From contig OX597829.1 of assembly GCA_951406725.2 (NCBI GenBank), forward strand, positions 30,008,001 to 30,072,000: DNA of 64,000 nt, given 5' to 3'. This document shows positions 1 through 58,330 of the stretch, one piece after another. Position numbers and translations under genes: made by a program. Positions within the stretch are counted from its first letter, which is position 1. Each line of letters begins with the position of its first letter. The notes under the pieces are model-generated. The model did no database searches. It had not been told where the DNA came from and saw only the letters and a program-made list of their open reading frames with translations. Source of the DNA: Octopus vulgaris. Taxonomy: Eukaryota.

Positions 1-114
1 AAATGCTTAGCAGTATTTTGCCCATCACTACGTTTTGAGTTCAAATTCTACTGAGTTCAACTTTGCCTCTCATTATCATCATATCTATGAGCCCTGTTGA
101 AGTGATAGTGTTTT

Positions 115-342
115 TTAACCCTTTAGCATTCAGGTTACTCTGTCCAATGTTATGTATATTTATTGACATTCTTTTGAATTAATCATGCATTATCTTGTAA
201 CTTTGGGATTCATGATGTGATTGTTTATTTTTACAATGGCATTGTAGAGTAGATGTGAGAGGCCAGATCTGTCTGGCTTAAACATAAAACTGGTAAAACA
301 TTTGGGCTTGGATGTGGCCAGTTTAAATGCTAAATGGGTTAA
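115..342. mobile_element. piggyBac-type MITE
   Basis: TTAA|CCCTTTAGCATT ... AATGCTAAATGGG|TTAA termini. Confidence 0.8.
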
Positions 343-489
343 CTCCTACTTTTAGTGAGTGTATTTGGGAGAATAAGGCTCTGTCTAATATATATATTTT
401 TGATAATACTTCAAATAAGTTAAGCCTTTTCATTTTTGCTTACTAAACCCAAGGGAAAAGCAGTGCCCCATGACTTTTTGACGTACTCT

Positions 490-730
490 GAGACTAGTTA
501 GCTTGATCTTATTAATGTCATGTTTAAATTGTTGCAAGAGAGATATGAGCTGGGTAGAGATTCTAGGAGGTGGATGTTTAGGTGAGGAAGAACTGGGTAT
601 AGCATTTAGTGCATGACCTAGAGCATTGACACCAGAAGGGTGATGACTATAGGAGACACAAATGGATTGGGAGTGTCTGAGTGGAAAGATACAAGATCAG
701 CTGTTTCCAAGGAACAGAAACCATAATGGT
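490..730 (-). mobile_element. Decayed 3' end of a CR1/Jockey-group LINE
   Basis: Minus-strand remnants resemble WNSLP...LQQFKHDINKI; similar to 3160-3360 and 13085-13420. Confidence 0.4.
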
Positions 731-1295
731 TGCTAATTTATTCTCAAAATAAATATTTAATCTTATGAAATAATTAGTAATTCAATTGTCAGAAGAAAGA
801 AAACTTTTCATTTTATATTTTAAACACCCATGTACAGTATACATTTATATATATTTATGGATAATGTAATGCATTCTTATTAAGAAAAACATATATTCCT
901 TTTCTTTCTTCATATGAAAGTGTATACATGCATACATAACGTGTATGTGCTTGCAAGAAGTGTATATGTGCATTTTTGTTTGTATATCTGGCTGTCTATG
1001 TGTTTGTATGTGGATATCTATATATGTATGTGTTTGTGGTTGTGCATGTAGATGTACATATAGACATGTACAAATAGAACTAATAAAGTAACTATTTACT
1101 TTACAACACACATTGAATACTTTATATTTTATTTGCAAATAGCAGTGTAAACATACTATATATACACACATATACAACTGCATTTAGTCAATTGTAGTTT
1201 AACCTTGACAATAAGCAACTACTTATACTGATTTTTTTTTTAAGTTCATCTCCACATTTTCTTTCATGCCCCTCCCCCTCCTCTATCTCTCATGA

Positions 1296-46590
<45,295 letters not shown>

Positions 46591-47449
46591 TGTTGGTTTA
46601 TTTTGTTTGTGTTATATTTCAAACTGTTTTCATTCTATTTGTCATCAGCTGTACATACAACAACACCTTTTTAAAAAAGATAGCGAGTGGGAAGAAAAAA
46701 AAAACCTTGGTTATGGTTGCTTTTAAATAATACATTCAATGCTTAAGGAATGTGTCAGCCAGTTGGTGTGAAGTGTTTGTCAACAGCTCTAAAATGTGTT
46801 ATATGGGAGACATATTGCACTATGTTGTGTTTACTCAATGCCAAAAACACAAGTGTAGTTGCATTTAATACAAGTTCATTATGCTAACCATTTGGTTTCA
46901 GGTTTGATCCTACTTTTGTGTTATCTTGGGCAAAAGTGTCTTTTTCTATAAGCTTGGGCTAATGTGTGTAAATAAAATGCAGTGGGTGGAAACTGTATGG
47001 AAGCCTGATGTGTGTGTATACACACTACAATGTGTATACATGTATTTAATATGATGCAAATCCCATTTAACACCTTATGATAAAGCTGTTTACAAGAGCT
47101 TCCAGTCAATTGGCCAATCCACTCCTCATGCATTATATGTATGTATGTATATGTGTATCTATATTATATATATATGTCTGTGAGTATATACGTATATGTT
47201 TACATATACATATAATCATCATTTAACACCTTTTTTTTTCTATACTGGCATGAGTTGGGCAGTTCATCAGGAATTAATGAGCCAAAGCTGCTGTATCTGC
47301 TGTGGCATTGTTTTCATAGCTGGGTGCTTTTTCTAAAGCCAACACCTTGCAGAGTGTACATGGTGCTTTTTTTCATGACACTGTCACAAGTCAGCTCACC
47401 AAGTACTTGATAGTCAAGACACCCCCCCCCAATCCAGGACAGGGTAGGT

Positions 47450-47802
47450 GTTGGCCATGCTGGAGCATTGCCTTGAGTATTTTAGTTGAATGAAATCAAC
47501 TTCAGTTCTTACTTTTTTTTATGCCTAGTACTTATTCTATGTCCTTTTTGCCAGACCGCAAACACAACACCAGTTGTCAAGTTGTGAATGTGTGGGGACA
47601 GACACAAAGACGCACACATAAATATATATATATATATACACAAAGGGCTTCTTTCAGTTTCCATCTACCAAAGGGTAGGTGTTTTGCTGAGGAGGCTTTG
47701 GTCAGCCGGAAGCTATTGTAAACATTTACCCAAGGTGCCATGCAGTGGGACTGAACCTGGAACCATGTGGTTGGAAAGCAAGCATCTTACCACACAGCCA
47801 CT
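47450..47802 (-). mobile_element. CORE-like tRNA SINE
   Basis: Reverse complement of gtggctgtgtggtaag...ccacatggttccaggttcagtcccactgcatggcaccttggg; fragments also at ~4690, 42895, 46855, 48620 and 60470. Confidence 0.75.
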
Positions 47803-48045
47803 ATGTCTGTCTCATCTGTTGTACATGTATGCATATCCTCCTCATCATTTTAACATCCACAGCATGGAAAGCAGACGTTAAATGATGATGTTTTCCATGT
47901 ATGGGTCAGATGGAATTAGTTGAGGCAAAATTTTTATGACCAAATTCCTTTCCTGTCACCAATCTGGACCTTTTTCCTCACGACTAAATGTTTTCAATGG
48001 AAGCTGCAAACAGGGGGCTTTGCTTGTATAATGATGTCACTCACA

Positions 48046-48241
48046 CAAGAGGATGCTGAAAAGTTCCTGGCTTGGAGTAAAAGAAAATACAGGGGGATCA
48101 ATTATTTTATTCAACATATTCCCCTCTCAGATTCACATACTACAGCTGTCCTTCAGTTTTTCTAAGCTCTGTAAAATAACTTGGGCCTCCAACCAGGCCT
48201 TTCCTGATAACTTAAAACCAGGAATTTTTCAGCACCCCTCA
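48046..48241. mobile_element. Mariner-derived MITE
   Basis: TIRs ggatgctgaaaagttcctgg / ccaggaatttttcagcacccctca. Confidence 0.7.
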
Positions 48242-48276
48242 TATATGTGAGTTTGTGTATGTATATATATATATAT

Positions 48277-48424
48277 TCGTTCTGAGTTCAAATTCTGCCG
48301 AGGTCAACTTTGCCTTTCATCCTTTCGGGCTCGATTAAATAAGTACCAGTTACGCACTGGGGTCGATATAATCGACTTAATCCGTTTGTCCCCTCTGTGT
48401 GTAGCCCCTTGTGGGCATTAAAGA

Positions 48425-48430
<6 letters not shown>
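48277..48430 (+). mobile_element. 5'-truncated SINE, CpG-retaining subfamily
   Basis: gagttcaaattctgccgaggtcaactttgcctttcatcctttcgggctcgattaaataagtaccag. Confidence 0.85.
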
Positions 48431-48462
<32 letters not shown>

Positions 48463-48466
<4 letters not shown>

Positions 48467-48565
48467 AGGGGTGCTGAAAAGTTCCTGGCTTTGAGTAAAA
48501 GAAAATACAGTCAACCAAGCCTTTCTCAATACCCTTACAGCTTGGAACTTTTCAGCACTCCCTTG
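48463..48565. mobile_element. Mariner-derived MITE (~100 bp, internally deleted)
   Basis: ggggtgctgaaaagttcc / ggaacttttcagcactcc TIRs. Confidence 0.7.
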
Positions 48566-50299
48566 TAACTCTGCCAATGTTGAGGCTAGAAGGTACAAAC
48601 ACACACACACAAATTGACAGACTTTTTTCAGTTTCCATTCACAAGGCGTTGATTAGCCTGGGACAGTTGTTGAAAACTCTTGCCCTAGGTGCCATTAAGT
48701 GGGAATGTATGTATATGTGTGTGTGTGTGTATATACCATCATCATTTAACATCCATAGAAGGTGGACATTAAACGATGATATATACACTCACATGCATAT
48801 ATATAAACACACACACATATATATAGACTATTGAAAAGGTTGCAAGCCGCAACGAAAATTTTAGGAAAATAAAAATAAATAAATGGAAATTTTACTGGTG
48901 AGTGTGTTAAATTATAAGGCACAAAAAGAGAAGGACTCTCCCCAGACACAACAATATGCTTTAACACACGAACTCATATAAAGAAACTTGCAAACCAAAT
49001 CCAAAAACAAAATATATATATATATACATACACACACACACAACTGGTTCATTTTTGGGAATGTCTTACTAGTAGAGAAAGAAATTCCGCTACTGTACAT
49101 TGCTTCTAAGCATAATACAAAAGATTCATATATATATATATATGCACACACACACACAGACTTGGTTTATGTTTTGAATGACCTCACCTGTATAGAAAGA
49201 GTCAGTTTCTATCCTAGAAAATAGACTGTATGTATGTGCACATACATACATAACTGCTGGCTTGGATGGCATTGCATTTGAGGACTTTATTGTATTCTGA
49301 ATTTCATAAGAATTTTTACATATTTTGATGGTACATTTGACAGCTTGTCACTATAATGTTCCTTCTTGTTTTGTGAACCCCAGCTTCTCAAGATTGATAC
49401 TAAAGCAGTTTGTCATGTAATCAAAAGCTCCAATAATTATTGGTAGAATCTAAAATTGTAGTCTGGATGGAGTATCTACTGATTTCTCATTAGCTCACCA
49501 TAAATGTTCTCTTTTTCTTTAACATGTAATGTTAACTGTGTACAGTTTCTTTTCTTGGTCCCAGATCATTAAGTTAGAACTATTGCACTTATGTTTTATT
49601 GAAGAAAACAGGATGGAGGTGTAAAGGCAATTGGATACAACTATGATAAAGGCTTGGAAGTAAAAGTGAAATCAAAATAGTTGAAAGTGATATACAGAAC
49701 AGTGAGAAAGAGAAGAGAGAAAAATTCAAACATATCTTGATAAAGATTGACTAAGCTATGCAAATATATATTGAAGTAAAGTTAAGCAATTATCTAACAT
49801 AGATGGAGCATATGGATTGATGGTTAAAAGAGAATGTTTTAAAAAGTGATGCCTGCTAGAGGTGATTATGTCTCTCTGTCAGATCAAAACACTGTGACAA
49901 TTCTCTCTTAATATTTCTTAGACTTCTTACTGCAGAGATCATGTAAAAGTTCAGCCACCTTGCTAATGCCTTTCAGTTATAAATGTAATGTTATAAGAGG
50001 TTATTGTGCTTGAGACTGTTTTATATAATTTGCTAATGAATTGGCGGTTTTAAGTGTTGCAGAGAAAATGAACTATGGAAGGCTAAATAGCATTGTTTAA
50101 AGTTGATAAAAGATCCAAAATATATTCAGTTGAACTTTGGTGTATTATGTACAGTGCATCTATAAATATTCTGCCTCAAGCACTAAACATTCAATGGTCA
50201 TCTATTAGGTACTCTACTAGTGCATTTTTATTCCATATTAAATTACAATTATTGTGAGTCCTTTTATTTTTATTATTCCTATTCACATTACACAAACTA

Positions 50300-50903
50300 C
50301 CTCTGGAAATATGCTGTGCTGCAGAAGACTCAGCAAGCGCAAGTATGACCATAACTTTGTGGCCTATGCTAGGGATGTAACCAGTCCGTTTGTGCGTGCC
50401 TTTTCTTCATTGGACACTAAACTCTGCTTGCAAAGACCAGTTGAGGCAAGTGAAATCAAAGTCGAAATCAAATTTGGTGACTGGCATCCGTTGCTGGTGG
50501 AGCGCTAAGAGTACCATACAAGTGAGATCATTGCCAGAGCAACAAGCTGGCCTTTGTGCCGATGGCACGTTAAGCACACCATTCAAGTGTGATTGTTACC
50601 ACATCGCCTTACTAGCACCTGTGCTGATGGTATGTGAAATATTCGAGTGAGGTTGTTGCCAGTGCTGCTGGACTGGCTCCTGTGCGGGTGGCACATAAAA
50701 GGCACCATTTGGGTGTGGCCATTGCCAGTACCACCAAACTGGCATGTAAAAGCACCCACTACACTCTCAGAGTGGTTGGCGTTAGGAAGGGCATCCAGCT
50801 GTAGAAACTCTGCCAGATCAGATTGGAGTCTGGTTCACCAGACCACAGTCAAATCGTCAAACCCATGCTAGCATGGAAAGCAGACGTTAAATGATGATGA
50901 TGA
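50300..50903 (+). mobile_element. 3' UTR fragment of the same RTE family or a derived non-autonomous element
   Basis: Homologous to the reverse complement of 5343-5950; ends agcatggaaagcagacgttaaatgatgatgatga. Confidence 0.8.
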
Positions 50904-51130
50904 GAATTAATAACAATTGATATGCTGCTATTCATGTGACAACTGAAATTTCCATTTCAATTAAAATGAGTGGTCACATTACTAACATTTATTTCATTGT
51001 TATAATTAATACAATTGTTATTATCACCATCAACATTGTCTCCATTGCTAATAATAGTATTAGAATCATCAACAGAAATATCAAAACCCAAACACACACA
51101 TTCATGCATGTATACATACATACATGCATA

Positions 51131-52368
51131 TAAGGGTCGGCTGAAAAGTTCATAGTCTGACCTAGATATTCTCAGAATGTAATCAAATGAGGTTTATTTT
51201 TCAACATAGTCCCACTTACAATAACACTTTTTCCATTAGTGTTGCAGTGCTTGGATTCCATTGGGGAAGAAGCTTTCATCGTGTTGGTTAAAAAAGGTCA
51301 TTATCATTGAAATATTGATTCCCAGCCAAGAGTTTTTTTTTATATTGGAAAACATGATAGTCAGATGGGGGCCAAATCAGGAGAAAAGAAAAGCTGATCA
51401 ACCAGTTGAAGACCACAGCTATGTACAACAGCCACTGAAACCAAGGACTTGTGTGCTGGAGCACTGCCCTGATAAAACAAGACCCCTTTTGTCAGTTTTC
51501 CTGGCTGAGTGGTCTTGATAACTTTTTGTTAGCATAGTACTCTCCATTGATGGTATGAGCCTTTTGAAGATAGTCAATGAACACAATGCCTTTTGCATAC
51601 CAAATAACTGAGGTCATCACCTTCCCTGCAGATGAAACAACCTTGAACTTCTTTGGAGCAAGTAAGGAGGAGTGTTTCCACTGCATGGATTGTCTCTTTG
51701 TTTCTGGCTCAAAATGTTGAATCCAACAGTCATTGTGGCTTAAGATACATTTGAACAAAACCAGCTGGATCTGCCTCAAATAATGTCAGATTCTGTTGTG
51801 ATGTGATGAGCCTGGTGCGCTTTTGATCAGATGTCAGAAGACATGGTGCCTACTGAATAGATATCTTCATCATTCCAAATTCGTTGTGCAGAATATTACC
51901 AACTCTCTCATGGGATATACTAATAGCATTGGCTATTTGATTTATAGTCAATCACCTGTCATCCATCAGCATGTGGTGAACACAATGTTTTTCTCGATGG
52001 TGGTAGTTGCAGGACGTCCAGAAAATGGGTCATCTTCAAAACTCTCTATTCCCCTCCTTATTTCAGCTGCCCACTTTTGAACGGTTGATAAAGCAGGAGC
52101 GTCATCCCCTAATGTAGCAACCATGTTAGCATGTATATCCTTGGAGATTAAACCTTTTTTCTACAAGCATTTGATAACACCACAATGCTAGATTTTTCTC
52201 AATTTTCAAGAAGAGTCACTACTCATTACCTTTGAAGTCTTCTTTGAACAGTTTATCAGGTAAGAAACTATGCAGTTATTAATAAGTAGAGTTGAAATGA
52301 ATGCATGCAACATTTCACAGCTCTAGCATTACTCCTTCATAATCAGCCTATGAACTTTTCAGCCCACC

Positions 52369-52372
<4 letters not shown>
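51131..52372 (-). mobile_element. Near full-length decayed mariner transposon
   Basis: ~30-bp TIRs taagggtcggctgaaaagttcatagtctga / tcagcctatgaacttttcagcccaccctca with TA flanks; transposase remnant WIQHFEPETKRQSMQW...SAGKVM..IDYLQK..TINGEYYA. Confidence 0.9.
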
Positions 52373-52394
<22 letters not shown>

Positions 52395-52406
<12 letters not shown>

Positions 52407-53448
52407 TCAACTTGTGTATCTGTGTGTGTTTAAATTCCCGGCACATCTCCTCCTAGCCAACAAATCGTAGAACCACAAAAAATGGGTCACTTAAAGTTTA
52501 GGCGAATGAAAATTGAACTGCGCTATTTCTGTTCCGAAATTCATCTCGCAAGTGCAAAAATCGATAATGTGTTTGTTTAGGCCTTATCCCATGCATTGAA
52601 TAGTGAATTTACTCAGTCAGCTGTTAGATGTGAACTGTGTTCACCATGCATGCAAGCATGCGTAAATTGCCTGAAAAATAAAAAAATCAAGATATAAAAA
52701 CGAATCGCCGTAAACATTGTAGAAATTCAGCAAAGAAATGAATTTTCAGGATGTAGCCTGGAGGGTTTTTTCATATTAATCGTTTGGACTTTGTGAACAC
52801 ATACCAATTGCTTTCATAACATTTTTAACGCTTTGAATTAAATGTGACCATTTTGCGTTGAGTCTGCAGTTTGAATCACTTTAACCAAATTTTAGCAGGC
52901 TGGATTTTTGATCATCACGATACATCGCCAGTGACTCCCTGAAACTCTCCCCTGAAATCCCCGTTAAGAAATCTATATATATAAAACTCAACTTGTGTGT
53001 CTGTGTGTTTAACTTTTGGATCTACCAAGTTTCATTATTAAGGATGGAAAGTAGTGTGTAGCAAATCTATAAAGCTGAAGTTGTCTGTGTGTGGCAGTTT
53101 TGGTAGCCTTCAACTAACACTATCTCCTTTGAGACCCTGCAGCGCAAGTTGACCAAAATTGAGAGTATGATAGAAGAAGGCTTGCTCTTCATTCTGTAGA
53201 AGATAAAATTCAAATCGGACCATGTTAATACCAAAAATTATTTACATCACAAAGGTGCTTTTTTTCTATGAAAATCCCTATTTTTTACGATTTTTGACTG
53301 CTGTGTCACCATTTTTTGGCGTATTTCAACTGGAAAAATGTTCACTTGAAGAGAATAACAAGTTGTAAAATGCAAAATTTTTACTTTTCAAAAATTCCAA
53401 TTCTAAAGGTTTGAAACAAACCCAAGCAACACCGGGTGATACTGCTAG
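52395..53448 (+). mobile_element. Compound non-autonomous Helitron-like element
   Basis: A|TCTAT 5' ends at 52972 and 53066 (plus a homologous start at ~52395); 3' hairpin cccaagcaacaccggg followed by CTAG|T at 53445-53449. Confidence 0.65.
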
Positions 53449-53561
53449 TATATATATACAATTTAAAAATAGGATAAAATCTTTATAAGAAATTATCAAG
53501 TAGTTAGTGTGAAAAACCTTATATGGAAAAAATTTATTTATCATTCCCTTTAAATATATTT

Positions 53562-53740
53562 ATTTATATTAAGGGCATTACTATACATAAATGCCTCACG
53601 CTAGGAGGGACTCTTCAAGTCAAAACTACCATATTAAACACATTGTACCGTTCACAATGTGTTTAATATGGGTAGTTTTGACTTTTAAGAGCCCCTCCTA
53701 GCATGAAGCAGTTATGTATAGTAATACCCTTAATATAAAT
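53562..53740. repeat. Long inverted repeat with ~85-bp arms and a 7-nt loop
   Basis: ...aaacacattgt accgttc acaatgtgttt...; arms complementary with few mismatches. Confidence 0.9.
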
Positions 53741-53747
53741 ATATATA

Positions 53748-54092
53748 TTCTTTTACTTCTTTCAGTCATTTGACTGTGGCCAAGCTGGAGCATTGCCATT
53801 AGTCGAGCAAATTGTCCCCAGGACTTATCTTTGTAAGCCTAGTACTTATTCTATCATTCTCTTTTGCTAAACCGCTAAGTTACGGGGATGTATACAAACT
53901 AGCATCAGTTGTCAAACAATGTTGTTGGGTACAAACACACACATGCATATATATATACTACGGACTTCTTTCAGCTTCCATCTACCAAATCCACTCACAA
54001 GGCTTTCGTCAGCCTGAGGCTACAGTAGAAGACACTTGCCCAAAGTGTCACACAATGGGACTGAACCCGAAATCATGTGGTTGGTAAGCAAA
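53748..54092 (-). mobile_element. CORE-like tRNA SINE
   Basis: Same family as 47450-47802 (gaagacacttgcccaaagtg...catgtggttggtaagc). Confidence 0.75.
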
Positions 54093-54184
54093 CATATACA
54101 CACATACACACACACATACATATATATAGATATGGATAGATACATATATACACACATACACACACACACACATATATTTATATA

Positions 54185-55175
54185 TTGGGTCATCCCATAA
54201 ACAATGCAGTTTTTTCAATTGCATGAATTAAAAGTTGGAGAGGGATGGGATAAACTACCTGCATCAACATTCTATAAAAGGTAGTAATTTTACCTTGTGC
54301 TTATTCTTAGTGCAGTTTGATTTTAACAGTTATTTTTTCAAAGCTATAATGGAAGTAACAAAGGAGCATATTCGGTATATTTTGCTTTATGAGTTCAATA
54401 AAGACAACAATGCATCAGAAAGTGCAGTATATGGGTATCGGACAATAAGCATAAGACAATTTCAATGGTGGTTATAGAAATTACAGTCTGGAAACTATAG
54501 CCTAGAAGATGAGCCTCGTTTTGGAAGATTTGTAGAGCTTGATGAGGACATCCTGCAAACCCTAGTGGAACAAAATCCCATTGTAACTGTTGAGGAACTA
54601 GCAGAGAAGCTTGGATTTGGTCATTCAACCATTCATCAACACCTGCATGCCAGCAGAAAAGTCTGCCAATTCGGTCAATAGGTTTCTCACAAACTTTCTA
54701 ATCACATGCAGAGAGTGAAAGTGTGCTCTTCTTTGCTGTCATGTCTCACGAATGAAGAAAAACAACCATCTTTGGTTTCAAGATAAAAGGTGTTCTTCCA
54801 TTAGGATAATGCTCAGCCACATTCAGTGAAGATGACATTCCAAAGGCTGGAGCAATTAGAATGGGAAATGATGCCCCACCCACCATATCTGCTGGACATT
54901 GCCCCATCTGATAATCATTTATTCTGCAGTCTTCAAAATCATTTGGACAGAAAAAATATGAATTCTGTAGATGAGGTCAGAACAGTACTGGAAGAGTATT
55001 TTTCATTATGGACAAGTGAATTTTGGAAGAGGGACCTTGCAGGTCTACCTGATAGATGGAAGAGCATTGTAGAAAATGAAGGAGCATATATTTTAGATTT
55101 AAAAAGAACTTTATCTTAATTTTGAAACATAAAAGAAGTATAAAAAAAAACTGCATTATTTATGGGATGACCCTA
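54185..55175 (+). mobile_element. Internally deleted mariner transposon
   Basis: TIRs ttgggtcatcccataaacaatgcagttt / aaactgcattatttatgggatgaccc; HPPYLLDIAPSDNHLF motif. Confidence 0.9.
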
Positions 55176-55191
55176 TATATATATATGTATA

Positions 55192-55845
55192 CTAGCAGCT
55201 AAGCCCAGTTTCACCTGGTTGGTTTAGATGATGTGGCTGTAAAACCTGCTCTGTGTAAGCATTCGACTTGTCTGGGCACGCTTACGTTAAAAAAACAATT
55301 TTAGAATGACTTTTTTTCTGTCAAAACGCTAAAAATAACTGACCAACAAAAAAAAAACCCAACCAAGATTCAACCAAATCAAAAAATAAACCCAAATACT
55401 AAGTGAACAAAAATGAACCATCCCATTTCCATGCACACACACACACATTCACATACACACACATATACTTACACAGAGTTGAAACGCTGTTTCATTTAAT
55501 TTTTCAGCATACAATTTTCATCATTCCACTACCAAGTATAACATCATCCCAAGAGTATTATTATATTAGAATATCTTGGTAACCATGGGAGCTATGAAAA
55601 AAATATGACATCATCCCTTCCTTCCTTATTTCTATATCACTCCTTCCTTTCTCATTCATAAACACAGGTATTGTTATAGTAGATCATCTCGGTAACCATG
55701 GGAGCTATGAAAAACATACAAAGCCCAGCATCGGCACTGGATCATTCTACACATCTGTGTTATTTTTCGCGCAATTCCACCCAGCCATTTGACCGTGAAT
55801 CACAAGACAAGAAAGAATCGCCCATGTCAAACTTATATGTATAGA
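55192..55845 (-). mobile_element. Non-autonomous Helitron-like element
   Basis: Minus strand starts A|TCTATACATATAAG and ends with hairpin ccaggtgaaactggg plus CTAG|T; internal direct repeat ggtaaccatgggagctatgaaaaa. Confidence 0.6.
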
Positions 55846-55870
55846 TATAGAGAGAGAAAAAGAGAGAGAG

Positions 55871-55902
<32 letters not shown>

Positions 55903-55999
55903 GTATACACATCTATATATATACATAGACTCATTTACACATATACATATACATGCATAGGCACATGTGCATGCACACATACACACACACACTGAAATT

Positions 56000-56450
56000 T
56001 TTAAATGAATACATTGTTGGTAAATATAGAGGATATTAATAAAGTTTATTGTCTAAATGTACAGAACAATGTATCATTTATAAACACACAACTGTTTCAT
56101 TTGGTGTTGGAAATAACATTATCTAAATACTTCCCATTGTTTTACACACACACACACACACACATTTGTAACCTAATCTTGAAGTTCTACATTGCATATC
56201 ACACCACGTCTTGAGAAATTACTGTCATTTCCTACAACAAATAGTAGCCTTCAGTTTATCCAGTGTGAATATGTGTCGTTTATTGATGGACACTTTCTCT
56301 TTGAGATAGCCCCAAAGGAAATAATCACTAACCAAAAGGTCATTTCTATTAGCAGGCAAATGACATATCAGTAAACATGTTTTTAATAATGTCCATGGAA
56401 GCTCTTGCTGGTCAGACAGTTGCATCATCTTCATTGAAACCATATCTGTT
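56000..56450 (-). mobile_element. Tc1/mariner-superfamily transposase C-terminal relic
   Basis: DL..SDYFLWGYLKEKV...TLDKLKATI motif. Confidence 0.7.
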
Positions 56451-57099
56451 GTGTATTAATGTCATATCTGTTCCATTCTGTGCAACATGAACACATAAAC
56501 GTCACAATTCATTATAACCACAAGCTGCCCTCTTCAAAGAATTATAGGCTCATCACACCAAACTTTCCTCACAACTCTAATCTATTACATATCTACATTG
56601 AAGAGGATACTCACTTAGTAGACAGCTGTGTGATCAATAACAAAAATTCTGCTTATTTATGCAACCAGACAAAGAAATACATTTTGTTATCTTTGAAAAG
56701 AACTACTCATAAAGATACCATAAGCACTTTTCCATGACAGCCTCCATTAAAATGCAACCCAAATTTTAAAATGCATTTCAAAGATGAAAGTACAATGTCA
56801 CATGCTCCTCTGCTCAAACCCATATCCCTATCAGTCAACCTATTAGGTTTCCTGTTCTAGTATAGAGTATTACAAATTTAACTCTTCACCTCTGGGAAGT
56901 AGAAACCTGTTACAGCTATTGCTCATTTAGTCATCAAAGAATAGTCTGGCATTAGTGAGGATGGGTTATCTCCCCTAGACTACCTATTTGTGGGGCGGGA
57001 GAGGGAGATAAGGGATCTATCCCTTGGGCTGCTATTGGATCATAAGGGGAAACAGGAAATCCCATGCTTGCAGCAGGTAGCACTTGAAATGCTTGCATG

Positions 57100-58330
57100 G
57101 TGTGAAGATTTCTTGGTGTGTATTCAGTGATTCAGGTTTCAGGGAGTCTTTGAGTATCCCAGCTCACTCAGTTATGCAGAGCTTGCAGGATCCTGGACGA
57201 TCTAAGATTTTCCATTTAATATCATATGGGTTCCCTTCATCTTTGAGGTGCCACACATAGATATCCAGGGATGTGACGAGTCATCTTTCTGGGACCCTGA
57301 AATCAGAAATCCACTTTGGAGGTTTTATTTTGATGACATCCTTGAACCAACAGTTGATATCTTCTCTTAAGCTTTCAAATGATTTGTACAGCTTGTGATG
57401 ACATCAGAGGAAGGAGAGGGTTTTGCTTGGTTGCTAAAGAATGCAGACTCCCTCTTCTGAAGGTGCAGCTGCCAAAAGTGTGAATTTTTTCCACACATTC
57501 CACAATAGTGTCATTCTGCCTTGCAAAGTTTTATTCAGTTGGTTGACATGCAAAAACAGATTAGCCAAATAGAAAATCGTAGCTTTTGTATCATCTTCAT
57601 TCATGGCTGAAAACAAGTCATTGGCCTTATCTTTCTGTTTCTTTGTGCATGCTTGCAAATTCATAAGATTGACGAAGGAAAGAACCATGCTTCACATTTC
57701 AGGTAACCTTCTAGCAACAACTCTCTCCAACTAGGGACTGACCAAAATCTCCAGCAACTTCACACAACCATCTGAATTGAGCCTAAGGTTCTGTTCAGAG
57801 ATGTGTGGTTGATTTCCTGCAAGCAGACGCAGTCAGAACACCTGCTGGTTACAGTGGTGTAGCCTCTGTTGCAGCTGTCCATGTCACATCTTTCAATCTT
57901 TACAATGCTCTCAGAGCATTGAACAGTAGTCATGATGTCAGCATTTTTGATACCTGGCATAACTCATCACAATACATGTAACTCTTTTCTAATATTCAGA
58001 CAGCTAACTTTCTGATTTCTTTACTGCCCACAAAGGGCTAAACACAGAGAGGACAAACAAACGGATTAAGTCGATTATATTGACCCCAGTGCATAACTGG
58101 TACTTATTTAATCGACCCCGAAAGGATGGAAGCAAAGTCTACCTCGGCGGAATTTGAACTCGGAACATAGTGACAGATGAAATACCACTAAGCATTTTGC
58201 CCGGCATGCTAATGTTTCTGCCAGCTTGCCGCCATGTCAGATAACTTTCTGTCAACTACAGCTGGCTTGAATCTTTATGCTTTCCAATGCTGTTGACTAT
58301 TCACCAACACATCAAGTAGTACCTGAGAAA
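57100..58330 (-). mobile_element. Decayed hAT (Charlie/Buster-like) transposase relic
   Basis: IFYLANLFLHVNQLNKTLQG matches the YL.D.F..LN.LN..LQG motif; boundaries approximate. Confidence 0.6.
58016..58233 (-). mobile_element. Full-length SINE inserted into the hAT relic
   Basis: Reverse complement of the SINE consensus; flanks cagctaactttct and cagataactttct look like a diverged TSD. Confidence 0.85.
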
